Below, one piece after another: positions 53,993 through 64,000 of a stretch of DNA of 64,000 nucleotides (positions are counted from its first letter, which is position 1; each line of letters starts with the position of its first letter). Below the pieces are notes generated by a model. That model had not been told where the DNA came from, made no database searches, and saw only the letters and a list, made by a program, of their open reading frames with translations. Made by a program: the position numbers and the translations under genes. This stretch comes from Calcarisporiella thermophila CBS 279.70 (lineage: Eukaryota; Fungi; Calcarisporiellomycota): positions 495,995 to 559,994 of the forward strand of contig NW_027192211.1 of assembly GCF_041956535.1 (NCBI RefSeq). Direction: 5' to 3'.

Positions 53993-55471
53993 ATGGGCAA
54001 TCGTCAATCGGCATCATCCTCGAGCTCTGACGACTACGCCCGTAAGACGTCTTCCTTCCATTCCTACCTCCGCTCGAGCGCCGTCCGCTCTTCCTCGCCC
54101 ACCCTCATTGAACGCCCCCTCTCTCCGACCATCTCAATCAAAAGTGACGGTCCTCCAATTTCTGCCTCCACGCACTCCTCACGCTACTCTGCTCTCAGTC
54201 CTGTTATTCGATCCAATTCTACTGTCTCCTATGCATCGCTCCAGCGCATTCGGAAAATACCAAAGGGTTTTTATTTGTTTCCCACCGATGCCTCCGAAGT
54301 AGAAAGATTAAGAAAAATACACTATCTTCTAAGAACCGTTTTCAAAGCGTAAATGTCTTTTTATGCGCTTTCCGTAATAATATTCGACTCATAGTGTTCT
54401 TCAACAGAGATTACTTGGCACCGGTAGCAAGTGTTTTGGATAATGGAGCAAGGGTTCTCGATGTGGGGTAAGAATATTTGCTCTCTAACACATTTGTCGC
54501 ATTCATTTACCAAGGTCAAATGTTGCACCTCTATGTGACAAATATTAGATGTGGGCCTGGTTATTGGACTCTAGAAATGGCAGCCAACTATCCGCGTTCT
54601 CAATTTATTGGGATTGACATTGTGGCAATTCAACCCAAACCACCTCGGAATGTCAAGTTTCTACAGTGCGATCTGAACCATGGGTTGCCTTTTGAAAATG
54701 ACTCCTTTGGTACATTGCAATTCTTGTGCGAATCTATGCCTCCCTTTTAATTTTTTTTCCAAAAGACTTTGTATTTATGCGATTGATGTACTCAGCAATA
54801 CGAGTTGATCAATGGCCACACATCGTGCGTGAGTTAAAGCGTGTAACCAAACCAGGGGGATATGTGGGTTAAGTTTGCAAAGTCCTGTGGAGAAATTTTT
54901 TATCTGATGAGAAAGCATTGTTTATTAGATAGAGCTTACAGAGCCAGATTGGAATATCGCGAATAAAGGCCCAGTGGCATCATATGTGATTTCTCAAGGT
55001 ATATTGTTGCTGAGTGCATGCTATTGTTCTCTAGCGGTGTAGTCTAATGCATATAGTTGTCGTGAAGTGATAAACACATTTCAATCCAGAAGCATCGATC
55101 CATATGTTGCCAGACATATCCACCGATATCTCAAGAGAGAAGGAATCAAGGATGTGAAGGCTGTAGGGCTCTCTTTGCCTCTGCAGAAATGGGGAGGCGG
55201 TATTGGCGAGCTAATGGCTGATAACATGCGGTCGCTTTTGAATTCTCTTCGCCCGTACATTCCAACACCATCTCTTGACGGCGAAACGAAGGTGTTTGAT
55301 GCGCTGGTCTCGAATGTACTGGAAGAGTTTGAGGAACGAAAGGCTTGTGCTACTATACGAAAGGCCTTTGGCAAAAAAGAAGTGCTGGTAATACCAAATG
55401 AAATGGAGGATATTAAGCCGCCGCAGATACCACAGCGTGCCCCCTCTCGATTAATGAGAAAACAGTTGTAA
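53993..55471 (+). CDS. class I SAM-dependent methyltransferase (LaeA/TAM-like), multi-exon
   Basis: YLFPTDASEVERL, RVLDVG/CGPGYW, FIGIDI, LPFENDSF, ELKRVTKPGGY and WGGGIGELM. Confidence 0.88.
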
Positions 55472-55599
55472 TCGCAATTTATTTATTGTAAGTTCAATAC
55501 CTCATATATCTGTTCCTGTAATTAGTACTCGTTGATATTTCGATGGCATAACTCTCTGCTATTTATTTTTTTGTGAACAATTCAAGTTGAACTTTTGCT

Positions 55600-56600
55600 A
55601 TATGTAAGATCTCAAGTTTAATCAGACATGCTGAATTTAGATATTGAAGAGTCAAATATTCAACATTATCTGCAACTCGTTAATATCTCCTTTAAAGATT
55701 CTATACCTTGAATAGTATTTTTCGAAAATATTTCCACACTTGTCAACGACTTGCGCAATTGAACGTAAAAATTACGATATATATTCCTCTCTCATCCACA
55801 AGTACTGGTGTACTTGTGGATGAGAGAGGATCGACGTTTAAGAATTGTTGCAACGTGCTCAAAGATAACGAAAGGATGCATATCATTGATAACCAAGAAA
55901 ATTTGCGACTAGGTGGCGGACCAGTCAAGGCGGGGAAAGCATACTTCAAAAAGCAACATTACTCATGTTTTTGCATGATGCTGTTTACTCCTGGCGGAGA
56001 GAAGAAATATTTTGACTTCTTTTCAGATACTTTGACTCACAACGTTCTTTTTGTAAAGAATTGCCTTAGTATTTAGTTATCCAAAATCTCACTTGGCGGG
56101 ATAGGCACTCTTTTTTGGAAGCTTGGAACAATTGTTACTCCCGTTTCAAGTGCAAACAATTTGTCTACTATTTGTTGCATGAAGGTCCTTTAAAGCACAA
56201 CAAAGAGTTGCGATGGAATTTCTTTGCGGTATACCACAGAGAGCATAAAGTAGATGGTCATTTTGGTCTACTCACTCGCTGGTTCTCGGTGATTGAATCA
56301 ATAGCTGGAACAAATATCTGCAATAGGTTGGTTTCGTTTTTTGAAAACCTTTTGCAAAGAACCAATAGCGGCAGAGTTCAAGCGTAAAAAAGCTGTTAAT
56401 TAAGCTTTTTCACTACAAAAAGACCAAGAGACTGGAAGCCTTGAAGATCCTGTCGGTTGAGAAGTTTTCGAAGATTTTCTCAGTTTCCTATGAAACTAAG
56501 ACGATGTTTGCGCTTGATAGTTCTGAGTAGGGCGAAATCTGCCAGAAAATCTTTAACGGGTGATGAGATGGTCTCCGGAACGCACGGAAGAAGAAAAGAA
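55600..56600 (+). mobile_element. decayed DDE transposase relic (Sola-like motifs)
   Basis: Interrupted frames read IIDNQENLRLGGGP...YFDFFSDTLTH, then WNNCYSRFK...WNFFAVYHREHKVDGHFG, matching a degenerate W.D....F...NFF...HGK..D..FG pattern. In-frame stops and frameshifts are present. Boundaries are approximate. Confidence 0.55.
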
Positions 56601-56793
56601 ACCAGTGTCCAAAATCCGTGGTAAGTGCGTCGCCGCCGCGATATATTTAGTGTAATAATCTTTAGAATGAATTTAAATATAAATTTGTATTGAATAGTTG
56701 TGATTACTTAAGGGTAGTTGCATGAGTGTGAGTAATAATAAATGGTGTATATAATTTCACAGATGAGATATTAAATTTACAATGGTTATAAAT

Positions 56794-59664
56794 TCAAGAA
56801 CCGTTGATCTCCTTCAAAAAATTAAGATAGCTCACGTGTCGTTCAGAAAATAATTCCGTAATATTTCGGCTGTCGATTATTCCAATGAGTTGCGGCCAGA
56901 TGCAGCTCTCATTTCCGCGTAGATCATAATTGTGAGAATTAATGATCATTGGAGAACCAGGAAATTTAGCCGGATATGCGACCAAAATTCGAATGACGCC
57001 ATGTTGACAATGTTGTTTAAGGATGGTTAAAAGTGGCGCTGTGCGCTCCCTGTTAATCAAATTGCCATCTCGATTACGATACAAGAGGTTTGGATCGGTA
57101 GTGCGAAGTGATATGGATTCAACATAGTTACGTAGTTTCACTTGCACTAGAACGGGAATATGTATTTCTCCTGATGCCCCTTGAATTTTCACAAAAAACA
57201 CAAGATCTGGTCCTGCGAGATTATCAGGGGCAAAAAATGGAGGCCTTGTAGAGGCGTCATCTTGCAGATAATTGCCAAGATTGTACTCAGGAGTTGAGAG
57301 AAGCAGTTTGACATTCGTAAATCTTGGCCGAGTTGGAGTTACCACTATCGCGGATTCGTAAAACAATGGCATGTTTAGTCCCTCAATACCTTGAAATAGT
57401 GCCAGTTGAGAGAGTTTTCGCGTGCCATCAAATATGCGCTCCATTTCCTCGGGGATACAGCGCTCCCAAAGCTTACCAATCATTGCGGGATCAGACTTGA
57501 AAATGGTCATTGTTTGAAATACTGAATCTATCATTTTGTGTCTATCGCGAAAAAAATAAATGGCGGCCAGCACTACCAATGGCTCATCGATGAAAGCCGC
57601 AAAACCAGAATACAGATTTGAGATCACGTGGGATTCAGCTTTAACAGGTATAATCTCCTGTTCTTGTTGGAGAATATTGTCAATTGAAGGATCACCCGAT
57701 TTCACACGTTCGAGACGAGCGGGCCTAAATGGGCTAAGGTATCGCATTCGACAGAGACCCTTTTCGACCAGCTTGAGATCTTTCTCAATAAAATAGCGTG
57801 GTTGTCCCGTATATACATAATTTAATACCGCCTCGTGTATTTGGTTTAAAAGTTGCCAGCCGCCTCCTCTATCTTCAATTCGAACTAAGGTGGAATAAAA
57901 TGAGTATCTTGCGCTTAGTCTTGCAGACACCGGCTGTTCCTCTTTCGCAATGACGATCGCTATCAATTCATCTATAGCGTCGATGTAAGAATAGCCACGG
58001 ACCATATACTCAATGCAAGTAACAAGAGGACGGTAGCGCCCACGGCATAGATCAAATAAATGGGAAGATTGCTCTTTAGAAATATCGAGGAAACGTGATG
58101 CATAACTATGAACTTGATCCGCACTTTCCCAACCGCCGAAATTTACAAATGAGACAAGACCACCTGGTTTTAAACAACCCGACCTAAATTTTGGCTCGAG
58201 TTTGATTAGCGATAACCCTGTCCCACTCAAAATCACACATAAATCTCGGTGAAGTCTATGAAGAGAATTGAGGACATGTGCAACTGGTGAAAGTAGTGTC
58301 CGCTTTTGTTTCGGATCTTGTGAAGAACGAAAGTATCCGTTCAAGTGGCAATCCAATTCCTGTGCTTCGTCAATTATTACAGGGAATATCGGAAAATTTT
58401 TGGTAAATTCCCTTAATTTGCTGTACTCCGTCGTGATTGCTAGTTGAATGCTATACGTATCACATACTGCGAGCTGTGACATTAAGTCGCAGAAAATATC
58501 TTGTCTATACCCAGATAAATGTGCGAAATATACCGGAGCAATCTGAAGCAGAAGCCATTTTCGCGGGGTGAAGTTGGGATCTTTAAATAAGCAGTACCGA
58601 AGAATTAAAATGCGAGAGAGAATAGCACTATACATCCAATGCTCAGCAATCGCCCGGTTCGTTTCATAGTCCTCTTTAGTGACGCGAGCTGATATTAATT
58701 CAACTAATGTGGCAAAATCACCGGAACCAAAGTTGTCTTGCCTCTCTACCACAAAAAAAAATCCCCAGTTCGTAGAAAGAAGTTCATAACAGGTGCGCGT
58801 TTTCCCACAGCCAGAAGGTCCTAGCAAAACCATCATATTCCAAGTATCGAGTGCCAGCTCCATGCTTTGAAAAATTTCATCCAGATGTGTCAGTCTGTCC
58901 AAGCTATCAATTGTCTCTGGTAGCGAGTGCAAAAGCAGTGATGGAATTTGGGGCCTCAACATAGGAATGTTAGATTCGGGCTTCATGCCCAGAGAAAAAT
59001 CGTTGACAGTAGCCGGACGGTGATATGTTGGAAAGCTGTGGTTACTCGTAAGATAATTGTTGAGGAATATTCCAGGATCTCCAACGAAGAATCGATCATT
59101 AATGCTTTTAACTGAACTTGAAACCGATAAAGGTGAATCAACTAATATTTGATTAACATTTAGTTTTTATATTTATTATATTGAATTAGAATTTTGATTA
59201 TTTTACCTTCATATAAGCGGGCTTTCTTCAGGTTTTTAGGGACAGAAAATAAAGGCTCTGTTAACGGCCCGCTTGAAACAACCACTGATAAAACAAAAAA
59301 TGTATTGATATATTTGCTATGATAAATTAAATATGAAGTAAAATTGCGTACCTTGGGGCAATTCAACCAACACATGTATATGTTTTCTCTGTGGCTCTTC
59401 TGGAAAATATTCGTAGATTTCGTCTAGTGGCGAGAGCCTTAGTTTGCTTATAGTTTCCGTGTTGCCGGCAGATCTCTGGAGATCTTTGAAGGATAAATCG
59501 ATCTTCCAGAGAATTAACTCTGAAGGATCAATACCTCCTAATTGGCGGGGATTCTTCTCTATAATTTTCCCTTTGAGAACTTCGACGCTATCCGATCCAT
59601 CAATCTCGAGTGAAAAGGCCTCGGAGAATCTGCTCGGATTATTGATCACGCAATTAAGCCGCAT
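56794..59664 (-). CDS. Crinkler (CRN)-type effector: Ubl header + P-loop NTPase + PD-(D/E)xK nuclease, ~912 aa
   Basis: Exons 59664-59352, 59284-59207 and 59141-56794 splice in frame (2739 nt). The header has ELILWKI and HIHVLVELP. The C-terminal part has Walker A GPSGCGKT, Walker B IIDEAQ, SGTG, GRYR and nuclease GPDLVFF...VQVK. Confidence 0.88.
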
Positions 59665-59809
59665 GTTATATACATTACCAAGAAAAAGTGAGAAAATGTG
59701 ATGATTGCTATTTTCAATTTGTTGGAATATATTTATCTAAGCCTCCAATTTTCACGAATAAACTCGAATAACTTTTAAAAGCTTCAAATTACAGCTTAAA
59801 GGAAATATA

Positions 59810-60922
59810 ATGACATCAAAGCTATCTCACACTGAAGCCATAAATCGCCTCCAAGAGCTGCGGCAGACAGGGGAGCGACAACCGGATTTTGTCGTCACTA
59901 TCGGAAAAGATCTTCTTCACTCGGGCGGAGCGAACAAGATGGGCGATGAAGGTAGAATAGATTGGATTTTTATTGGTCTCAAGAATTCGGTGAGCTCATG
60001 CCTTTACCTCAATGCTTGTAGTATGGAACTTTTATGAGCAACTGTGTATTGCTGCATTGGATGTGGGAGATATGGCGCTAGCGGATGTAATAATTGAAGA
60101 TGTATTTTTTCCCGGATTCGCGCACCAAATAACATATTTTCATATTAGAATTGTCTTTCACGTCTAAAGAAACGGTTTCCTCGCTCTGCACGCGTAAAAC
60201 GTCTCGAAGGAATGACGCTAGAGGCCGAAGGAAAGCTAGAGGAAGCCCAACAGATCTATACTAAGATTCTTGAAGAGGATGAGACTGACTCGGTATGCCT
60301 TCTGTTCATAAGGCTAAAATTTTAAGGAAGATTTAATAATCTCACGTGTACTGACTATGGGTAGGCGGTGCTAAAGCGAGGAATTGCAATTCGCATTGCC
60401 AAAGGTGAGATGGCTGAGGCGATTGCTGCGCTGAATAGTTATTTGGAATTCTATTACAACGATCCTGAAGCTTGGGGCGAGCTATGTTCATTATATATGC
60501 GCGAACATATGTAAATTTTGGGTTGATAATAGGATTCTGTCCGTTTTTGGTTCAACTCTGCATTTCTATTTAATAGGTACCAGCAGGCGTCTCACTGCGC
60601 CGAAGAGCTCATCCTCCTCCAGCCCCATAATCATTTGCATCACTTACGCCATGCTGAAATCCAGCGTACCCTTGGCAATCTAGATGTGGCTCTGAAAGCT
60701 TTCTGTCGAGTTGTGGAAATGTGCACCGATCACGTCCGTGCATTATATGGGATGCAAGCGTGCAGTGCTCAGTTATTGCGAGAAAGTGGAGGAAAGGGAG
60801 AATATTTAGCTGAATTAAATGAACTGGCTACAGAGCGTTTGCTGGATGTGTATTCTCGTGGGAATGCTCCTGATCATGTAAAACAGGTAGTCCGGAAGTG
60901 GGTTGAGGAGACTTGCAACTAA
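59810..60922 (+). CDS. EMC2: ER membrane complex subunit 2 (TPR)
   Basis: WNFYEQLCIAALDVG, LKKRFPRSARVKRLEGMTLEA, YYNDPEAWGEL and HCAEELILLQPHN...RALYG. Confidence 0.9.
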
Positions 60923-61305
60923 AAGAAAGAGAGGTCAGAGACTTTATAGATATCTAATTTTCCATTGGCTGTAGTCTTTTTTATTTTTTGTTTGCTTTAT
61001 TTTTTTTTTTCACTCAATACAGATATATATTTTTTATCATTTAACATGCAAATATATCTGTTCGAAAAGATACATTAGAAAAGTAGCGAAAATAGTGCCT
61101 ATGGAGTTTAACTGATTACGTGGTAATTTATCTCCCCGTGGTGAGTTAGCCCCTCTTTGATTTTGTTTACCCAAGACTGAGCAGTCATAAAGTTGCAGAA
61201 AGGGATAGAGTTCTTTTGACAATTCGCTGAATGCGTATTGACTTGTTTAACCTCTTTTTCCGATATCAAAATATTCTCAGCATTTTGTGAGGAGGCCAGA
61301 CCAAT

Positions 61306-63645
61306 ATGGCCTCGTCATGGTCCTGCTGTAGCCGGGGTCTTCGCGCAAGCGAAGGACTACCGTTTCCATTATTCTACAATACCCTACTAAATAGAAGTAA
61401 AAGAACAACAACACGAATACTGCGATCGTACTCGACCCTTCCTTCAGCGATCTCAACCCCTGAACGTTCCTCCCTTTCCGCTCCCACTATTGTCAATACA
61501 TCACCGTCAAGTGCTAGTCACAATGCGCTCAAGAAATTAACAGCTTCGGCATGGGTGAGCGAGGACGTATCTCAACTTCGAGCGCTTATTTGTAAGCGGC
61601 CCTTACCTCCACTACATCATCTCTGGCAAGCTTATCTCTCTGCTCGCACTCATCTTGACTATATTCCGCGCAGTGATCTCTCTGCACTTCTGCGCATTTT
61701 CACCAACTCGATTGCGTACGGTAAACACGATTCACGAACCGATCTTGCGGTGACATTATTTGAGGATCTTGATAAACGGGGTGTGAAATTCACGGCAGAG
61801 GAGTATTCGCTGTGGATGAGAACATACCGCGCGAAATGGGCACTTACGCGGGCTATTAGAGTGATGGAACGAATGAAGCATGAGAGGGTGTCTCCGACAC
61901 GCGAATGCTACACTGCCTTAGTGGATATGTTGGCGAGGAGTGGACATGTTGAGCAGGCTAACCAACTCTTTATTGACATGAAAGCGCAAGGAATTAAGCC
62001 CTCTTTTTATATTTATGCGCTCTTGGCAGAAGCTCATTTAAAAGGCAATAATAAATATCGTGCGTGGAATTTGTGCTGGCGCGCGGTAGGATCAGGTGTT
62101 TTACCCATAGATGAATACTTGTCGCGATTAAGAGCAAGAAGAAAGGAGTTCTCGAGCTGGTCCGAACAGGAACAGACGCGTGAGATACTGAATTTCTTAG
62201 TGCGGGCACTGGTGCTTGAAGATAATCTAGTGGAGGCACGGCGAATGTACAAGCTACATACACTTTTCGATCTCACTCCTTCAGAAGCGCTTTTAGAAGC
62301 ATTAATTCACAGTCATATACAACGTGGACAAATCAAGAAGGGTTTAGACCTGGTGCTAGAAAGTAGACGCAACAATATTCGATTGACGCATGATGTAATA
62401 GAGTCGCTATTGAAAAAGAGCATTGCGCTGGAAGATTTGGCGGTGGCCGAGAAACTCTATCAATATGTTGGCGGAGCTTCCTTTTCTTTTTCTGAGCACG
62501 CATGTCGCGATCTAATTGCGCTTCACTTACGTCGCAAAAATGCAATCGGAGCTATGCGGGTTTTTGGCGATCTAAGGAATAAGCATTTCCCCAATTTTCC
62601 TGCCACTGATACGGCAAATATTCTCTTACGGGGCCTCATCCAGTCTGCACGATTCGACGATGCTCGCCGTTTATTTGATACCATGCGACAGCAGAGTAAC
62701 TTTACACCTAATGCTGCTGTTTACATAACACTTATCCATTTCTGTGCAAGATCGGGCGATGTGGTATTGGCGGAAAGGATGGTGCGGCAGATGCGGGAAA
62801 AAAGAATACCGTTGACGCGTGGTTGTTATACCATGCTTATGGATTGCTATGCCCGTGTGGGAAGGATGGACGGCGCCATGGAGATGCTTCGGACGCTGGT
62901 TCAACGTGGGCACAAGCCTACAGTCACAGAATTCAATATATTGCTAGCAGGATGTGCAATTCACCCACAGAACCGCCTTATCGGTGATATGGGTGTTGCA
63001 GATATCGCCAAAGTACTAGAGGCGATGCAGCAATACAATGTGAAGCCAGACTTGGTTACCTACCGTACTCTGATTACGACCTATCTAAAATACAGAGATC
63101 AACCCCACGAGCAGGTGGAAGATATGATCAGAGAGTTGGAGAGACGACAAAATTGGGGAATTGAAAAGGAAAATGTGTTTATGTTCAACATCCGACTTAC
63201 GTACAAGGTGCAGGTGGAGGGAGTGCCCCGTGCGGTCCAGTTCTTCTTCGAACATGCCAAAGCCCATCCGAATTTCGCTTACGATGTAATCACATATCGC
63301 ATTTTATTGGACGTGACTCTTAAACAGCACCGACTTGCTTATTTGTCGAATCGTTTATATCGCCATATGTTGAATCGGGGACTGCAACTGCCTCCAGAAC
63401 TCATGAACCAGCTCATATACTCATGGGCTGCCAAGAAGCGATTCAAAAAGGCACGTAATCTTTTGGAAGGGATGGGTGAATTTGCGGATGTTCGCTCGTG
63501 GACCGGGCTGATACGCGCCTATTTGAAATATGGATATATGGAGGCAGCGAGAAAGGTGTGTGAGGACATGGAGGCGAGTGGGGTGAAGGCCGATGACTAT
63601 TTAATGCGACTGTTTGACGAGAAGGACGGTGTGGGGGAGCAGTAA
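61306..63645 (+). CDS. mitochondrial pentatricopeptide repeat (PPR) protein
   Basis: 779-aa ORF with a presequence-like N-terminus and repeated 35-aa motifs (CYTALVDMLARSGHVEQANQLFIDMKAQGIKP; VYITLIHFCARSGD; CYTMLMDCYARVG). Confidence 0.9.
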   Translation: MASSWSCCSRGLRASEGLPFPLFYNTLLNRSKRTTTRILRSYSTLPSAISTPERSSLSAPTIVNTSPSSASHNALKKLTASAWVSEDVSQLRALICKRPLPPLHHLWQAYLSARTHLDYIPRSDLSALLRIFTNSIAYGKHDSRTDLAVTLFEDLDKRGVKFTAEEYSLWMRTYRAKWALTRAIRVMERMKHERVSPTRECYTALVDMLARSGHVEQANQLFIDMKAQGIKPSFYIYALLAEAHLKGNNKYRAWNLCWRAVGSGVLPIDEYLSRLRARRKEFSSWSEQEQTREILNFLVRALVLEDNLVEARRMYKLHTLFDLTPSEALLEALIHSHIQRGQIKKGLDLVLESRRNNIRLTHDVIESLLKKSIALEDLAVAEKLYQYVGGASFSFSEHACRDLIALHLRRKNAIGAMRVFGDLRNKHFPNFPATDTANILLRGLIQSARFDDARRLFDTMRQQSNFTPNAAVYITLIHFCARSGDVVLAERMVRQMREKRIPLTRGCYTMLMDCYARVGRMDGAMEMLRTLVQRGHKPTVTEFNILLAGCAIHPQNRLIGDMGVADIAKVLEAMQQYNVKPDLVTYRTLITTYLKYRDQPHEQVEDMIRELERRQNWGIEKENVFMFNIRLTYKVQVEGVPRAVQFFFEHAKAHPNFAYDVITYRILLDVTLKQHRLAYLSNRLYRHMLNRGLQLPPELMNQLIYSWAAKKRFKKARNLLEGMGEFADVRSWTGLIRAYLKYGYMEAARKVCEDMEASGVKADDYLMRLFDEKDGVGEQ

Positions 63646-64000
63646 AGGAAATCATGATTTGAGAGATGTGGATACCTTTGCCTATTTTGCTTTATTTTCT
63701 TTTCTCAATCATCGCACATTGTATTATAACCTCTACTATTTTTAGTTTTTTTTTTCTTTGTATTTTCAAAGGTTGATTGATTTATGTAAATTTTTAAAAT
63801 TTCTAAAGAGCTCGCCGTTTACTTTATTATTTAATATTGCTCTTTGCCAGAGTTACTTCTCTTCAAAAAATTTCCGTCTAACTACCTACAGAAAAAAAAT
63901 GCTGGATATTCAGGTTTCTAGATTGAATACTTGTACGTGTAAAACAGGAGAATTTAACTGATATTCAAGTGATGTTTCATTACTCCTCACCAATAGGCTC

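Overview
Eukaryotic, gene-dense, intron-rich fungal DNA with short GT-AG introns. It is most consistent with an early-diverging lineage (Mucoromycota/Zoopagomycota-like). That assignment is inferred from a Crinkler effector, a DMPK/ROCK-family kinase, a SOSS-B/NABP protein and an ALKBH8-like protein sitting alongside a Zn2Cys6 TF and PHO81. About 28 genes were reconstructed by hand. Housekeeping loci include UBC9, GGT, DeSI/PPPDE, HP1-like, Reb1-like Myb, EMG1, MAM33, PHO81, OXA1, GPI16, RLI1, EMC2 and a PPR protein. Five accessory elements stand out: (i) a 3-exon, ~912-aa Crinkler (Ubl header + NTPase + PD-(D/E)xK nuclease) between a decayed DDE transposase and EMC2; (ii) an unannotated ~275-nt intergenic element at 53547-53820 with nested perfect stems, a candidate structured ncRNA or MITE; (iii) an isolated 6-Cys secreted protein with beta/gamma-crystallin-like motifs; (iv) two tandem intronless 7TM paralogs; (v) a DMPK-like kinase with an apparent C-terminal HR1. 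No rRNA, tRNA or CRISPR array was seen. All calls come from motif recognition without database searches, and exon boundaries are manual.
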